Positions 32,194 to 42,246 of a stretch of DNA of 64,000 bases are shown here, in pieces. Source of the DNA: Ignavibacteriota bacterium. GTDB lineage: Bacteria > Bacteroidota > Ignavibacteria > UBA10030 > UBA6906. The translations under genes were made by a program, and so were the position numbers. The stretch spans positions 288,001-352,000 of the forward strand of contig CAWDEM010000004.1 in assembly GCA_963801355.1 (NCBI GenBank). Direction: 5' to 3'. Position 1 is the stretch's first letter. Each line of letters begins with the position of its first letter. Below the pieces are notes generated by a model. That model was given only the letters and a program-made list of their open reading frames with translations, made no database searches and was not told the origin of the DNA.

Positions 32194-32897
32194 GGCCGGC
32201 CTGCAGTGTCCTGGTGCGCCGAGTTCTCCCGGTCGATGACATCCAGGAGTTCCGATACGTCATTGAGCTCGTACTTTGCATGAGATTCGACGGTACCAAA
32301 GGCATCGCCGTACCGCGCGAAGACCGTTGTGATGCCGACCTGCGCGGCACCCACCATGTCGCGTTCCGCCCAGTCGCCTACCATGAGCGTCTCGGAAGGC
32401 TCCACGTCGAGCTCCTGCAGTGCCCGCAGAAATGGGGCGGGACTGGGCTTTCGCTGGTGGGTATCTTCAAACGTCACCACGCAATCAAAGAGATGATGGA
32501 AGTTCAGATAACACAACCGGAGCCACGCTTCACGCCCGGGGGCATCGGAAACCACCGCAAGCCTGATGCCGCGCTTCAAGAGAGCCACAAGAGTCATGTT
32601 GACATGCGGGTAGGGAACCAGTGCCGCCTCGCGGGCTCTCCGATAGGCAATGATACCCGCCGACAGGATCTTGTAGTTTACCTTCTGGAATACATCATAC
32701 AGCAATTGATCGAAGACACTCTGAAATTCGATACCCCGTTCTTTGTAGATGGCATCGATGCGTGCCTCGGCCTCTTCGCTGGTCAGCCCCAGACCGGCGT
32801 CAATCATGGCGGTGATGGCGGCGGCAACGGCCTGGCGTTTCATCCGCATGAAATCAACCAGCGTGTTGTCCAGATCGAAAATGACCGCTCTGATCAT
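32190..32897 (-). CDS. HAD-superfamily hydrolase
   Basis: FDLDNTL, VVSD, KPSP, MVGDWAERD. Confidence 0.92.
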   Translation of the reverse strand: MIRAVIFDLDNTLVDFMRMKRQAVAAAITAMIDAGLGLTSEEAEARIDAIYKERGIEFQSVFDQLLYDVFQKVNYKILSAGIIAYRRAREAALVPYPHVNMTLVALLKRGIRLAVVSDAPGREAWLRLCYLNFHHLFDCVVTFEDTHQRKPSPAPFLRALQELDVEPSETLMVGDWAERDMVGAAQVGITTVFARYGDAFGTVESHAKYELNDVSELLDVIDRENSAHQDTAGRP

Positions 32898-32900
32898 GGT

Positions 32901-33173
32901 TTACTTTGCCTCACGCGACAACCTGGCGGCCTCGTCTTCGATGTACGCACGGAGAGCGGGCTTGAGGTAGACATCATCGAGACCGATCTCCCGCAGCGCC
33001 GTGGCCAGCACCGAGGCTTTGCGCGACGGCATCAGCCGGCGGTTGATCAGCAGGAGTCGCTGATCCCGCAGGATACAATAGCCTCCTTCGAAGTCGCCGC
33101 GTTCGTAGCGAATGGTCACGCTCAGCTGGGTGGCGACGTTCTGCAATTCCTCGATCAGTTCTTCGTGCTTCAT
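32901..33173 (-). CDS. Conserved hypothetical protein
   Basis: RYERGDFEGGYC...DDVYLKPALR; tightly packed in the operon. Confidence 0.75.
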   Translation of the reverse strand: MKHEELIEELQNVATQLSVTIRYERGDFEGGYCILRDQRLLLINRRLMPSRKASVLATALREIGLDDVYLKPALRAYIEDEAARLSREAK

Positions 33174-34150
33174 GCTGGCTGCGGTGCATTCCTGCGGAAC
33201 GGCTGGAATATGGCAAGGACAATGATGGTATAGTAACAGAGCAACGCGACGAGCGGTACGCCGGCCAATGCTCCCACGCGCGCGAGAAACAGTTCACGGA
33301 CGGCCGCCACACCGGTGTCTGCAAAGAGGACCATGATAACCATGCGCACATCCAGGTACATGACATAGGCTTCGACCGGAACGAACAGGTACAACAACAG
33401 AGCACTCATCAGCAGCCAGCCGTGCTCGCGCAGAAGGAATGGCGACGTCCAGAGAAACACGACGCTGCCTGCGAGGACGAGAACATAGCCGCTGATCATG
33501 AGAATCGCCGACTCTGCAAGCACGCGGTACAGCTGGTGTTCCACAACGGGCGGTGTCCGGTCGTTGAACTGGATGGTGCCCGGGATCAGCAGTTCGTTGG
33601 CGATCACGGCGCGGACTGCCGTCGAGCCCAGCCAGAGTATCGCACCCGTCACAATCACGCACAGAGCAAACCGCCAGAGTGTGAACCGGTGTGCACGGTG
33701 CGCCGCAATGGCATCCACACCTTCCGGGTGATCAATCAGCCAGTTCTTGTACCAGCTCAGATCATAACAGAGCGCGAAAAGGTTTTCCAGGGATTCGGGT
33801 GTTGCAGCACAATAGGCCGACGCAAAGCGCTCCTGGACGGGCAGGGGAGAATGCACGAGCAAAAGCCGCACCAGGCGCGCGACGGTTGCTATCTCTGTCT
33901 GCAGTTCCGAGGAGAGACGCGCTGTGTTTGGATCAGTTGCTCCGACACGCCGCAATGATCCACCTGCACTGGCAACAAACTTGGCATGAAAACTCAACTC
34001 TTCCAACGTGCCAAGAGCTTTGTGCTGCGACGCAGCTTCAAGCAATACGGCTAAGTCTTCAGGACGAGTGAGTTTATCGCCGGAGTATCGTTTCAGCACA
34101 TTGAGGAGATCTTCGGTCGGAGAGCTCACTCTTATCGTTGTTTGGGGCAC
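33170..34150 (-). CDS. Hypothetical two-part protein (soluble N-half plus 4-TM C-half)
   Basis: ATGA overlap downstream; TTGACC-17-TATATT promoter (34193-34165) supports the GTG start at 34150. Confidence 0.7.
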   Translation of the reverse strand: MPQTTIRVSSPTEDLLNVLKRYSGDKLTRPEDLAVLLEAASQHKALGTLEELSFHAKFVASAGGSLRRVGATDPNTARLSSELQTEIATVARLVRLLLVHSPLPVQERFASAYCAATPESLENLFALCYDLSWYKNWLIDHPEGVDAIAAHRAHRFTLWRFALCVIVTGAILWLGSTAVRAVIANELLIPGTIQFNDRTPPVVEHQLYRVLAESAILMISGYVLVLAGSVVFLWTSPFLLREHGWLLMSALLLYLFVPVEAYVMYLDVRMVIMVLFADTGVAAVRELFLARVGALAGVPLVALLCYYTIIVLAIFQPFRRNAPQPA

Positions 34151-34249
34151 ATATCCTCGGACGGAATATACAAAAAGTAGCAAACATGGTCAATTGTTTG
34201 ATTCTCTTAAAGATAATTCCCATATTAGTTTACATAATCTTACAAACTG

Positions 34250-36649
34250 ATGAATATAAGATCATTTCTCCTGCAAACGGCAAAACTGCTCCAGAAGTTG
34301 AGAATCTCGCCAGACGTTGCCACCAAAGCAGCGCTGGGGGTCTTGCTTCTTATTCTTCTTGCACTGATGTTCCCGCGCGGGGAGTCGCTGGAGCTTGAAT
34401 TCAGGGTTGGTGCCATCTGGGCGCAGAAAGATCTGATCGCGCCGTTTTCATTTCCTGTGCTCCGCGAGGAGAAGGAATATCTGAACGATGCGCAGGCTGC
34501 ACGCGCATCCGTCCTCCAGGTTTACGAACGCGACAGCACTGTCGGAGAGCGACAGATCCGGAGGCTCGAAGACTTTTTCCGGCATCTGCATGACGTTCTG
34601 AAGGTCAACCGGCAGTACAAGAGGGATATCAAGCGCGGCGATGGTGCCGCCGCTGACGATTCCCTTTTGCTGGCACAACTTATTGCGGCGCTGGAAATTC
34701 CCTTCAGTGGCCACGAATGGGCGGTCCTCGATGCAGCCGGGAGCAACGGGCACCTTGAGGCGATGCAGCGTGATTTGACCGAGGCGTTAAGAATCATCTA
34801 CGAGACAGGGGTGCTTGACAGGAGCAAGGGGACGGTGCCGCATGCGGATGTTGCCCTGCGTGACCGGAAGATCGAGGAGCTGACGCCGCTCTCGCGGTTG
34901 TTCGATCGCGCGGACGCCGTTGCCGCACTTGAATCACGACTCCTCCAGCACTATCGCATCGACAACGATTCCCTGGCGCTGGCCTACAAGATCGGCGTGA
35001 TCTACCTTGCACCGAACATCAAATACAGTGAAGAGGCCACAGCACAGGCGCTCGCCACTGCCGTCGATGCAGTCCCCCGCACCATCGGCTTTGTTCAGGA
35101 AAATGAGCGGATAGTCAGCAAACACGAACGGATCACTCCGGATATCCGGTTGAAACTCGAATCGCTCCGCCGTGCGAAGGCCGAGCGCGGCCCGGCCTCC
35201 GATACCTTCCTGCAGATTCTTGGCATCACGCTGCATGTCGCTCTGGTAATTGTGCTGTACGGTATTTACCTGTATTTGTTCCGGAAGAAGATCTTCAGCA
35301 ACAACCGGCGGCTGGCACTCATTGCACTGTTATTTGTCCTCGAGGGTGCCTTTGCCTACCTCTCGCGTGAGCTGGACGTCACGTCGCCCATCGAATATCT
35401 GATCGTCGTTCCTGCGGCATCCATGTTGCTGACGATCATTTTCGATTCCCGCGTGGGATTTTACGGTACGGTCATCATCGCGTTCATCGTCGCGGGAATC
35501 CGCGGCAACGATTACTCCGTCGCACTCGCGTCGCTGGTGGCCGGTGTCCTGTCGGTGTACTCTGTGCGGGACATGAAGAACCGCACACAGCTCTTCCGCT
35601 CACTCGGCTTCATTTTCACGGGCTACGCCCTGACGATCGTTGCGCTGGGCCTCGAACGCTACGAGACGGTGCAGGTCATTCTGGAGCAATTGTTGTTCGC
35701 GCTGGTGAATGCCGTCGTGTCGCCGGTGCTGACCTATGGATTATTGATCTTCCTGGAACGCACGTTCCGTGTCACCACGGATCTGACGCTGATGGAGCTC
35801 GCGCACTTCAACCACCCGTTGTTGCGCCTGCTCGCGGAAAAGGCTCCCGGCACATACCACCACAGCACAAGCATTGCAATCCTCGGAGAAGCCGCGGCAA
35901 GTGCCATCGGTGCCAATGAGATCCTGGTACGTGCCGGGGCATACTTTCACGATGTCGGCAAGGTCGTGAAGCCCACCTATTTTGTTGAGAATCAGCGGGG
36001 GTCACGCAGCAAACACGATAAGCTTGCCCCACGGATGAGCTCCCTGATCATCACGGCACACGTGAAAGACGGGATTGCGCTGGGGCGTGAGTACGGCCTT
36101 CCGGAGGAAGTGATCGACTTCATCCCCATGCATCACGGAACGACCCGGATCGACTTCTTCTATAATAAGGCGCTCCAGTTGGCGCAAAATTCGGACGACG
36201 AAACAAAGCTGGACGAAATCAACGAGCAGGACTACCGGTACCCCGGCCCCAAACCGCAGACGAAGGAGACCGGGATCCTCATGCTGGCCGATGCGGTCGA
36301 AGCCGCAGTGCGCACCATCGAAGAGCCGACACCGCAGCGCCTCAGCGACGCCATTGATGAACTCGTGAAACGCCGTCTCGACGAGGGGGAACTGGACGAA
36401 TGTCCGCTGACGTTGCGCGATCTGACGAAAGTCAAGGCGGCATTCCATGCCGTGACGGTCGGTATCTACCACACGCGTGTACGGTATCCCGAGCCGCTCT
36501 CGCCCCGCGTGCGCAAACCGCGGCTGAAGTCCGCTCCGGCGGCCGAAGAACTCCCGCCGCCCACAGAAACACCGCTGTCCGCCGAATCACCCCGGTCCGC
36601 CGAATCACCCCGGTCCGCCGAAACACCACAGGGCACGGAACCTGTATGA
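34250..36649 (+). CDS. 7TM-HD (HDIG) phosphohydrolase, PgpH-like
   Basis: Extracellular 7TMR-HDED region, 7 TM helices, APGTYHHS, HDVGK, HHGT, YPGPKP, LADAVEA. Confidence 0.92.
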   Translation: MNIRSFLLQTAKLLQKLRISPDVATKAALGVLLLILLALMFPRGESLELEFRVGAIWAQKDLIAPFSFPVLREEKEYLNDAQAARASVLQVYERDSTVGERQIRRLEDFFRHLHDVLKVNRQYKRDIKRGDGAAADDSLLLAQLIAALEIPFSGHEWAVLDAAGSNGHLEAMQRDLTEALRIIYETGVLDRSKGTVPHADVALRDRKIEELTPLSRLFDRADAVAALESRLLQHYRIDNDSLALAYKIGVIYLAPNIKYSEEATAQALATAVDAVPRTIGFVQENERIVSKHERITPDIRLKLESLRRAKAERGPASDTFLQILGITLHVALVIVLYGIYLYLFRKKIFSNNRRLALIALLFVLEGAFAYLSRELDVTSPIEYLIVVPAASMLLTIIFDSRVGFYGTVIIAFIVAGIRGNDYSVALASLVAGVLSVYSVRDMKNRTQLFRSLGFIFTGYALTIVALGLERYETVQVILEQLLFALVNAVVSPVLTYGLLIFLERTFRVTTDLTLMELAHFNHPLLRLLAEKAPGTYHHSTSIAILGEAAASAIGANEILVRAGAYFHDVGKVVKPTYFVENQRGSRSKHDKLAPRMSSLIITAHVKDGIALGREYGLPEEVIDFIPMHHGTTRIDFFYNKALQLAQNSDDETKLDEINEQDYRYPGPKPQTKETGILMLADAVEAAVRTIEEPTPQRLSDAIDELVKRRLDEGELDECPLTLRDLTKVKAAFHAVTVGIYHTRVRYPEPLSPRVRKPRLKSAPAAEELPPPTETPLSAESPRSAESPRSAETPQGTEPV
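36577..36622 (+). repeat. 18-bp tandem repeat, about 2.5 copies (SAESPR-SAESPR-SAET)
   Basis: GTCCGCCGAATCACCCCG x2 plus a partial third copy. Confidence 0.85.
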
Positions 36650-37563
36650 ACGGACGCGTGGAAGAATACCTGCACTTTCTCTCGCTCGAAAAGAATGCCG
36701 CACTCAACACCGTTGTGTCGTACCGGCGCGATCTCTCAAAGTACGCCCGTTTCCTCGAGGGGCAGAATATTCCGGATCCGGAAGCCGTCACCCCGGAACT
36801 CGCCTCGCGTTTCGTCCAGCAATTGCACCGCGACGGGCTTTCCGCCCGTTCCGTCATGCGCTGCGTATCCGCTCTCAAGGGTTTTCACCGGTTCCTTCTG
36901 GCCGACGGCTTCAGCAAGCATGATCCCACGGAGACTCTGGATGTCCCCCGTCGCACGCGTACTCTCCCGTCGGTCCTGACGGTGGATGAAGTCAACACTA
37001 TTCTGACTCAGAAGGCACTGAACAGACCTGATGTTGATCCGGATGATGCCCGGAATCTCTGGGTGCGCGACCGCGCAATACTTGAAGTGCTCTATGCCAC
37101 GGGGATACGGGTGTCGGAATTGATCACCCTCCACCAGGCGGATGTCTCCGAGGAGGGAGGCGTCATCCGGGTGTTCGGCAAAGGAGCGAAAGAACGGCTG
37201 GTGCCGATCGGCCCCTCCGCTCTCGCCTGGATCGACCGGTACAAACGGGAATGCCGGATCCGCCTGCACCGGCATGCGACGGGCAATGACGTGCTGTTCC
37301 TGAACCGGACGGGGGACGCGCTGACCCGGATGGGGATCTGGAAGATTGTCCAATCCTCAGCCGTTGAGGCCGGCGTAACAAAGGATGTGCATCCGCACAC
37401 CTTCCGCCATTCCTTTGCCACGCATTTGCTCGAGGGGGGCGCCGATCTGCGGGCCGTGCAGGAGATGCTCGGTCATGCCGATATCGCAACAACCCAGATC
37501 TACACACACATCGACCGTGCGTACTTGAAAGAAGTCCACCGTACATACCATCCTCGTGGCTGA
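36646..37563 (+). CDS. xerD: Site-specific tyrosine recombinase XerD
   Basis: YATGIRVSEL, GKGAKERLVP, HPHTFRHSFATHLLEGGADLRAVQEMLGHADIATTQIYTH, C-terminal YHPRG. Confidence 0.9.
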   Translation: MNGRVEEYLHFLSLEKNAALNTVVSYRRDLSKYARFLEGQNIPDPEAVTPELASRFVQQLHRDGLSARSVMRCVSALKGFHRFLLADGFSKHDPTETLDVPRRTRTLPSVLTVDEVNTILTQKALNRPDVDPDDARNLWVRDRAILEVLYATGIRVSELITLHQADVSEEGGVIRVFGKGAKERLVPIGPSALAWIDRYKRECRIRLHRHATGNDVLFLNRTGDALTRMGIWKIVQSSAVEAGVTKDVHPHTFRHSFATHLLEGGADLRAVQEMLGHADIATTQIYTHIDRAYLKEVHRTYHPRG

Positions 37564-37575
37564 CCGGGAGTATCA

Positions 37576-39060
37576 ATGTCACGCTCCAGCCTTTCCACCA
37601 GCTTCACAAGCCTGTCCGGAAACAGCATCGCAACACCGGCGGATCTTCGCCGGGAAATTGTGGGGATTGACACGAACGTGCCGCTCCTTGACGGAACCGA
37701 GCGGCGGTATGTGTTTCTGGACAACGCCGCCAGCACGCCCGCATTGCGCCCGGTGCTCCGGTGCATCGAGGAATTCATGCCGTGGTACTCCGGCGTACAT
37801 CGGGGGACGGGTTTCAAATCGCTGCTTGCGACGGAAGTCTTTGATGCCGCGCACGATGTGGTCGGCGAGTTTGTCGGTGCGGACCCGGAGACGCAGACGG
37901 TCATCTTCATGAAGAACACCACCGAATGCGTCAACAAGCTTGCGAACCGCGCCGCCCTCCGCCCTGATGACCTGGTAATCACAACGCTGATGGAGCATCA
38001 CTCAAACGATTTGCCGTGGCGAAGACACTGCCGGGTCATCCATCTCGGCACGGTGGAGGATGGGTGCCCCGACCTGGACCAGCTGCAACGGCTTCTGAGG
38101 GAACATGCCGGCCGCGTAAAGTTCGTGGCGATGACGGGAGCATCAAATATCTCGGGGGTGTGCACTCCGGTGCATGACATTGCCCGATGGACGCATGACG
38201 CAGGCGCGCGAATCTTTGTGGATGCGGCCCAACTCGCCCCGCACCGCCGGATCGACATGCTGCCGGACGACGATCCCGGGCATCTGGATTTTGTCGCGCT
38301 CTCCGCCCACAAGATGTACGCACCCTTCGGCACAGGCGCCCTGATCGGACCGGGCGAGTTCTTTGAACAGGGTTCGCCCGACGCGGTCGGGGGCGGGGTC
38401 GTCGAAGTCGTCACGCTTGACCATGTCGAATGGAACCATCCCCCCCAGAAAGAAGAAGCCGGGACACCCAATGTCATCGGCGGTGTCGCCCTTGCGTCAG
38501 CAATCAGCCTTCTGACCGCGGTGGGGATGGATGTGATTGCGGATCATGAGACCGCCTTGCTGGAATATGCGTATGGGAAATTGTCGAAGTTGCAGGGCAT
38601 CACGCTGTACGGGCCGACATCGCATTTTGAAAACAAGGTCGGCGTCATCCCTTTCAACGTCGACGGAAAACATCATGCCCTCGTTGCCGCTATCCTGGGC
38701 GTCGAGGGGGGGATCGGCGTGCGCAATGGTTGTTTCTGTGCCCATCCTTTCGTTAAGCACCTGCTGAACGTGACACCGGAGGAGGATCGCCGGTTCACAC
38801 GTGAAGTGCTGGCAGGGGACAAATCCCATATGCCGGGGATGGTGCGCGCGAGTCTTGGATGCTACAGTGACGAATCCGACATCGACGCCCTCATCGGGAT
38901 GCTCGAATGCATTCTCCGGGGTGAGATCCACGGGACGTACCGGCAGGACACGGCGACGGGGGCGTTCAGTGCAGAGGGATTTCATCCGGATTTCAGCCGT
39001 TTCTTTCCCTACACCATCGTGCGGCCGACCGGCGCCAGGCGGCACTCGGAGGCATCATGA
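37576..39060 (+). CDS. PLP-dependent class V aminotransferase / cysteine desulfurase-like
   Basis: LDNAAST, MEHHSN, DAAQ, SAHKMYAP, RNGCFCAHP. Confidence 0.9.
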   Translation: MSRSSLSTSFTSLSGNSIATPADLRREIVGIDTNVPLLDGTERRYVFLDNAASTPALRPVLRCIEEFMPWYSGVHRGTGFKSLLATEVFDAAHDVVGEFVGADPETQTVIFMKNTTECVNKLANRAALRPDDLVITTLMEHHSNDLPWRRHCRVIHLGTVEDGCPDLDQLQRLLREHAGRVKFVAMTGASNISGVCTPVHDIARWTHDAGARIFVDAAQLAPHRRIDMLPDDDPGHLDFVALSAHKMYAPFGTGALIGPGEFFEQGSPDAVGGGVVEVVTLDHVEWNHPPQKEEAGTPNVIGGVALASAISLLTAVGMDVIADHETALLEYAYGKLSKLQGITLYGPTSHFENKVGVIPFNVDGKHHALVAAILGVEGGIGVRNGCFCAHPFVKHLLNVTPEEDRRFTREVLAGDKSHMPGMVRASLGCYSDESDIDALIGMLECILRGEIHGTYRQDTATGAFSAEGFHPDFSRFFPYTIVRPTGARRHSEAS

Positions 39061-40319
39061 GCGTCTATGCGTATCAGGACCGGCAACTCTGGGTGGAATC
39101 CGTCCCATTCCAGCTTCTGGCGGAGGAGTACGGTACGCCGTTGTACGTCTACAGCCGGCGCACCATCATCGACGATATTCACCGGATTGAGAGTGCGTTC
39201 GGTGGAATCCCGCACCTGACCTGCTATGCAGTAAAAGCGAACGCCAACCGTGCGCTGCTGCGGATAATTTCCGCTGAGGGTCTCGGAGTGGATGCCGGCT
39301 CAAAAGGGGAGCTCTATCTCGCCCTGACAACGGGGTTTGCGCCCGGCAAGATTACCTGCAGCGGTGTCGGCAAGCGTGACGATGAGATTGCGTTTGCCCT
39401 TGACCATCGCATCCTGGCGTTCAACGCGGAGTCCACCGAAGAGATCGAGGTCATCAACCAGATTGCCCGGCAGAAGGGGGTCAGGGCACGCATCCTGCTG
39501 CGCGTCAACCTGGATATTTACGCCGGAGGCCATGCCTACGTCTCCACCAGCATGCATTACGACAAGTTCGGCTTGCCGCACACGCAGGCACTGGAAGTGC
39601 TCCGTTGGGCATCCACCCTCTCCCACATAGAAGTGAGAGGGATCCATAGTCATATCGGCTCTCAGATCCTCAGCCCGGCAACGTTCCTGAAGGCGGCGGA
39701 AGCCGTCGCGGACATTGTGAAGAAGTTGCGCAAAGCCGGGGTGTCCGTGCACGACCTTGATTTCGGCGGCGGCTACGGAGTTCAGTACCATGGTTTCGTC
39801 AACCATCCCGAACTGCCCTATGAGGCCCCGGAAGGCCCGGCGCTCTCCATGTCGGAACTGGTCCGGCCCGCCCTTCCCGTACTGCGCGATCTGGAGTGCA
39901 CGCTTTCCATCCAACCGGGACGCTGCATCGTCGCACATGGAGGCGTGCTGCTGACCCGGGTACTCTACCGCAAGGAATCCGCGGGAAAGACCTTTCTGAT
40001 CGTCGACGGGGCAATGAACGACCTGATCCGGCCGAGCCTCTATGATGCGCATCACCAGATTGTTCCGCTCCATATCACCAATGCGCCGCATGAGATCGTG
40101 GATGTCGTCGGACCCGTCTGTGAGTCAGGGGATTTCTTCGCCCATGACCGTACACTGCCACGTATGCAAAGGGGAGACCAGATAGCGGTGATGTGCGCCG
40201 GTGCATACGGCTACGTGATGTCCTCAAACTATAATGCCCGCCCGCGTGCGGCGGAAGTGCTTGTCAGCGGTCATACACACACGCTCATCCGTCCCCGGGA
40301 AACCATCGAAGATTTGTGA
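39057..40319 (+). CDS. lysA: Diaminopimelate decarboxylase
   Basis: TPLYVY, YAVKAN, HIGSQ, DFGGG, GPVCESGD, AGAYG, SNYN. Confidence 0.95.
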   Translation: MSVYAYQDRQLWVESVPFQLLAEEYGTPLYVYSRRTIIDDIHRIESAFGGIPHLTCYAVKANANRALLRIISAEGLGVDAGSKGELYLALTTGFAPGKITCSGVGKRDDEIAFALDHRILAFNAESTEEIEVINQIARQKGVRARILLRVNLDIYAGGHAYVSTSMHYDKFGLPHTQALEVLRWASTLSHIEVRGIHSHIGSQILSPATFLKAAEAVADIVKKLRKAGVSVHDLDFGGGYGVQYHGFVNHPELPYEAPEGPALSMSELVRPALPVLRDLECTLSIQPGRCIVAHGGVLLTRVLYRKESAGKTFLIVDGAMNDLIRPSLYDAHHQIVPLHITNAPHEIVDVVGPVCESGDFFAHDRTLPRMQRGDQIAVMCAGAYGYVMSSNYNARPRAAEVLVSGHTHTLIRPRETIEDL

Positions 40320-40362
40320 AGCGTTCACGGAACGCGCTCAGACAGGATGGAGTACACGCATC

Positions 40363-40908
40363 ATGAACATCACCACACGCTGCGCAACGGCCGTTGCCGT
40401 CATTGCTCTCGCTGCCGGTCTGTCAGGCTGCATTCTGATCCGGACGACGGAACACCGCATCAATCTTCACCCGGACGGAAGCGGCGAGGCCGTGTTGAGG
40501 CTCATCGACATCCGGACCGATGAACCCAGCGACTCGCTCGCCGAACGGGACTACCGTATCATGATGTCGTCCTTCGAACAGGAAGGGGGACAGGGTTTTG
40601 AGGAGGGGAACAGGGAGGTCACCAGCAAGCGGCTGTTTGTGCGCAACGATACGCTCGTTGCCGAAATCGGTTACACCTTCAAGGGGCTTCAGGACATCGA
40701 GGGGCTGCATGCAGCCGAGAACGAATTGTACATCGTGGTGAACGAGAGCCGCGAAGTGGTGCAGACCAACGGCCGGGTGGAGCAGTGGCAGACGACGTCG
40801 CAACGTATCGTCTGGAGCCGCGATGCCAGGCGATTGCTGTTCCGGATACAGGAAAAGGTCATGCCGCCGTCCACTTCACTGGCGCGGATGTATGAAGAGC
40901 AACGATAG
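40363..40908 (+). CDS. Hypothetical lipoprotein
   Basis: Lipobox LSGC after a hydrophobic stretch; GGAG RBS. Confidence 0.75.
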   Translation: MNITTRCATAVAVIALAAGLSGCILIRTTEHRINLHPDGSGEAVLRLIDIRTDEPSDSLAERDYRIMMSSFEQEGGQGFEEGNREVTSKRLFVRNDTLVAEIGYTFKGLQDIEGLHAAENELYIVVNESREVVQTNGRVEQWQTTSQRIVWSRDARRLLFRIQEKVMPPSTSLARMYEEQR

Positions 40909-40936
40909 TACCGTTCCAACCAAAGGAGTGAAGAGC

Positions 40937-42064
40937 ATGGCGAGATCACGGCTTCGCGTTGGGGTCATCTTTGGCGGCCGGTCGGGCGAGCATGAAGTAT
41001 CCCTGGTCTCGGCGGGCTCTGTCGTGCGGGCGCTCGATCCTGACAAATACACCGTCGTTCCCATCGGCATTACGCGGGAGGGGCGGTGGATCAGTGCGCC
41101 GGATGCCCTGGTCATGCTGAAGGAGCGGGAAGGTCTCGAGGGCGCAGCCGGTTGCGTGCTGATGCCTGAACCCCATCATGAGGGATTGCTCCTGCTGTCG
41201 GAAGGGCAGCCTTCCGCGGGGAAACTCGATGTGGTCATCCCGCTCATCCACGGAACCTACGGCGAAGATGGGACGCTGCAGGGTTTGCTGGAGCTTGCCG
41301 ATCTGCCGTACGTTGGCGCGGGTGTCCTGGGTTCTGCCCTCGGCATGGACAAGATCGTGCAGAAACAGCTCTTTGTGCAAGCCGGCCTCCGTGTGGCAAA
41401 GTATACGTGGGCCCTTTCCGCCACGTGTCGGACGAATGCTGCGACGATTGCACGAAAGGTCGAACGGACGCTCCGCTATCCGATTTTTGTCAAACCGGCG
41501 AACACCGGTTCGAGTGTGGGCATTACGAAAGCCCACACGCGACGTGAGTTGCTCCGGGCCATGGCGGAAGCGTCGTCGTTCGACCGGAAAGTCATCTTCG
41601 AGCAGGGAGTTGCCGGTGCGCGTGAGATCGAGTGCAGCGTCTTGGGCAACGACGCGCCGGAGGTGTCCGTGTGCGGCGAAGTGATTTCCTCGAACGAGTT
41701 TTATGACTACAACGCGAAATATGTGGACGGCGCCTCACGTGCAGAAATTCCCGCCCGGCTTCCCCGGCGATTGTCGGATCAGATCCGGCGGATGGCGCTG
41801 CGTGCATACACAACCATCGACTGTGCCGGTATGGCGCGTGCGGATTTCTTTGTGACGCGTCGGCGCGGCACCGTGTACATCAATGAGCTGAATACCATCC
41901 CGGGCTTCACGTCTATCAGCATGTATCCGAAACTCTGGGAAGCCTCGGGACTGAGCTTTTCCGCGCTTCTTGACCGCCTCATTGAACTGGCCTTACGCCG
42001 GCATGCAGAAAAAGGGCGTTTGCGGCACAGTTACGATCCCTCCTCCGAGTGGTACCGCCGGTAA
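40937..42064 (+). CDS. ddl: D-alanine--D-alanine ligase
   Basis: GGRSGEHEVS, HGTYGEDG, GSSVG, FYDYNAKY, NELNTIPG. Confidence 0.96.
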   Translation: MARSRLRVGVIFGGRSGEHEVSLVSAGSVVRALDPDKYTVVPIGITREGRWISAPDALVMLKEREGLEGAAGCVLMPEPHHEGLLLLSEGQPSAGKLDVVIPLIHGTYGEDGTLQGLLELADLPYVGAGVLGSALGMDKIVQKQLFVQAGLRVAKYTWALSATCRTNAATIARKVERTLRYPIFVKPANTGSSVGITKAHTRRELLRAMAEASSFDRKVIFEQGVAGAREIECSVLGNDAPEVSVCGEVISSNEFYDYNAKYVDGASRAEIPARLPRRLSDQIRRMALRAYTTIDCAGMARADFFVTRRRGTVYINELNTIPGFTSISMYPKLWEASGLSFSALLDRLIELALRRHAEKGRLRHSYDPSSEWYRR

Positions 42065-42246
42065 GGCATTCCCGGGGACGGGGACGCCGGTGTATCCCCA
42101 CCCGCCGAACGCTCCCCGGAAGCATTTCATCGCACACACCTGCATTCCGTCGCAACCTCCTGAACTACGCCGGGCTTTCTCCGTACTTTCTTACAGAAAG
42201 AGAAAGCACACCAACGAGTTCCACACACTAATGCAGGGAGGTTGTC

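Noticed and set aside
36577-36622. Short repeats as a CRISPR array
   Set aside because: The repeat is a spacer-less in-frame tandem inside a CDS, and there are no cas genes. No CRISPR array was seen anywhere in the window.
36646-37563. Tyrosine recombinase as a mobile-element integrase
   Set aside because: It has XerD-type motifs and a housekeeping operon context. No att sites, integron cassettes or cargo genes are nearby.
40937-42064. Van-type D-Ala-D-Lac ligase
   Set aside because: The omega loop FYDYNAKY is typical of D-Ala-D-Ala ligases, and no van genes are nearby.
42161-42185. ECF-type promoter TGAACT-15-CGTA upstream of the HEAT-repeat gene
   Set aside because: The match is short and is not clearly repeated upstream of the ECF gene, so support is insufficient.
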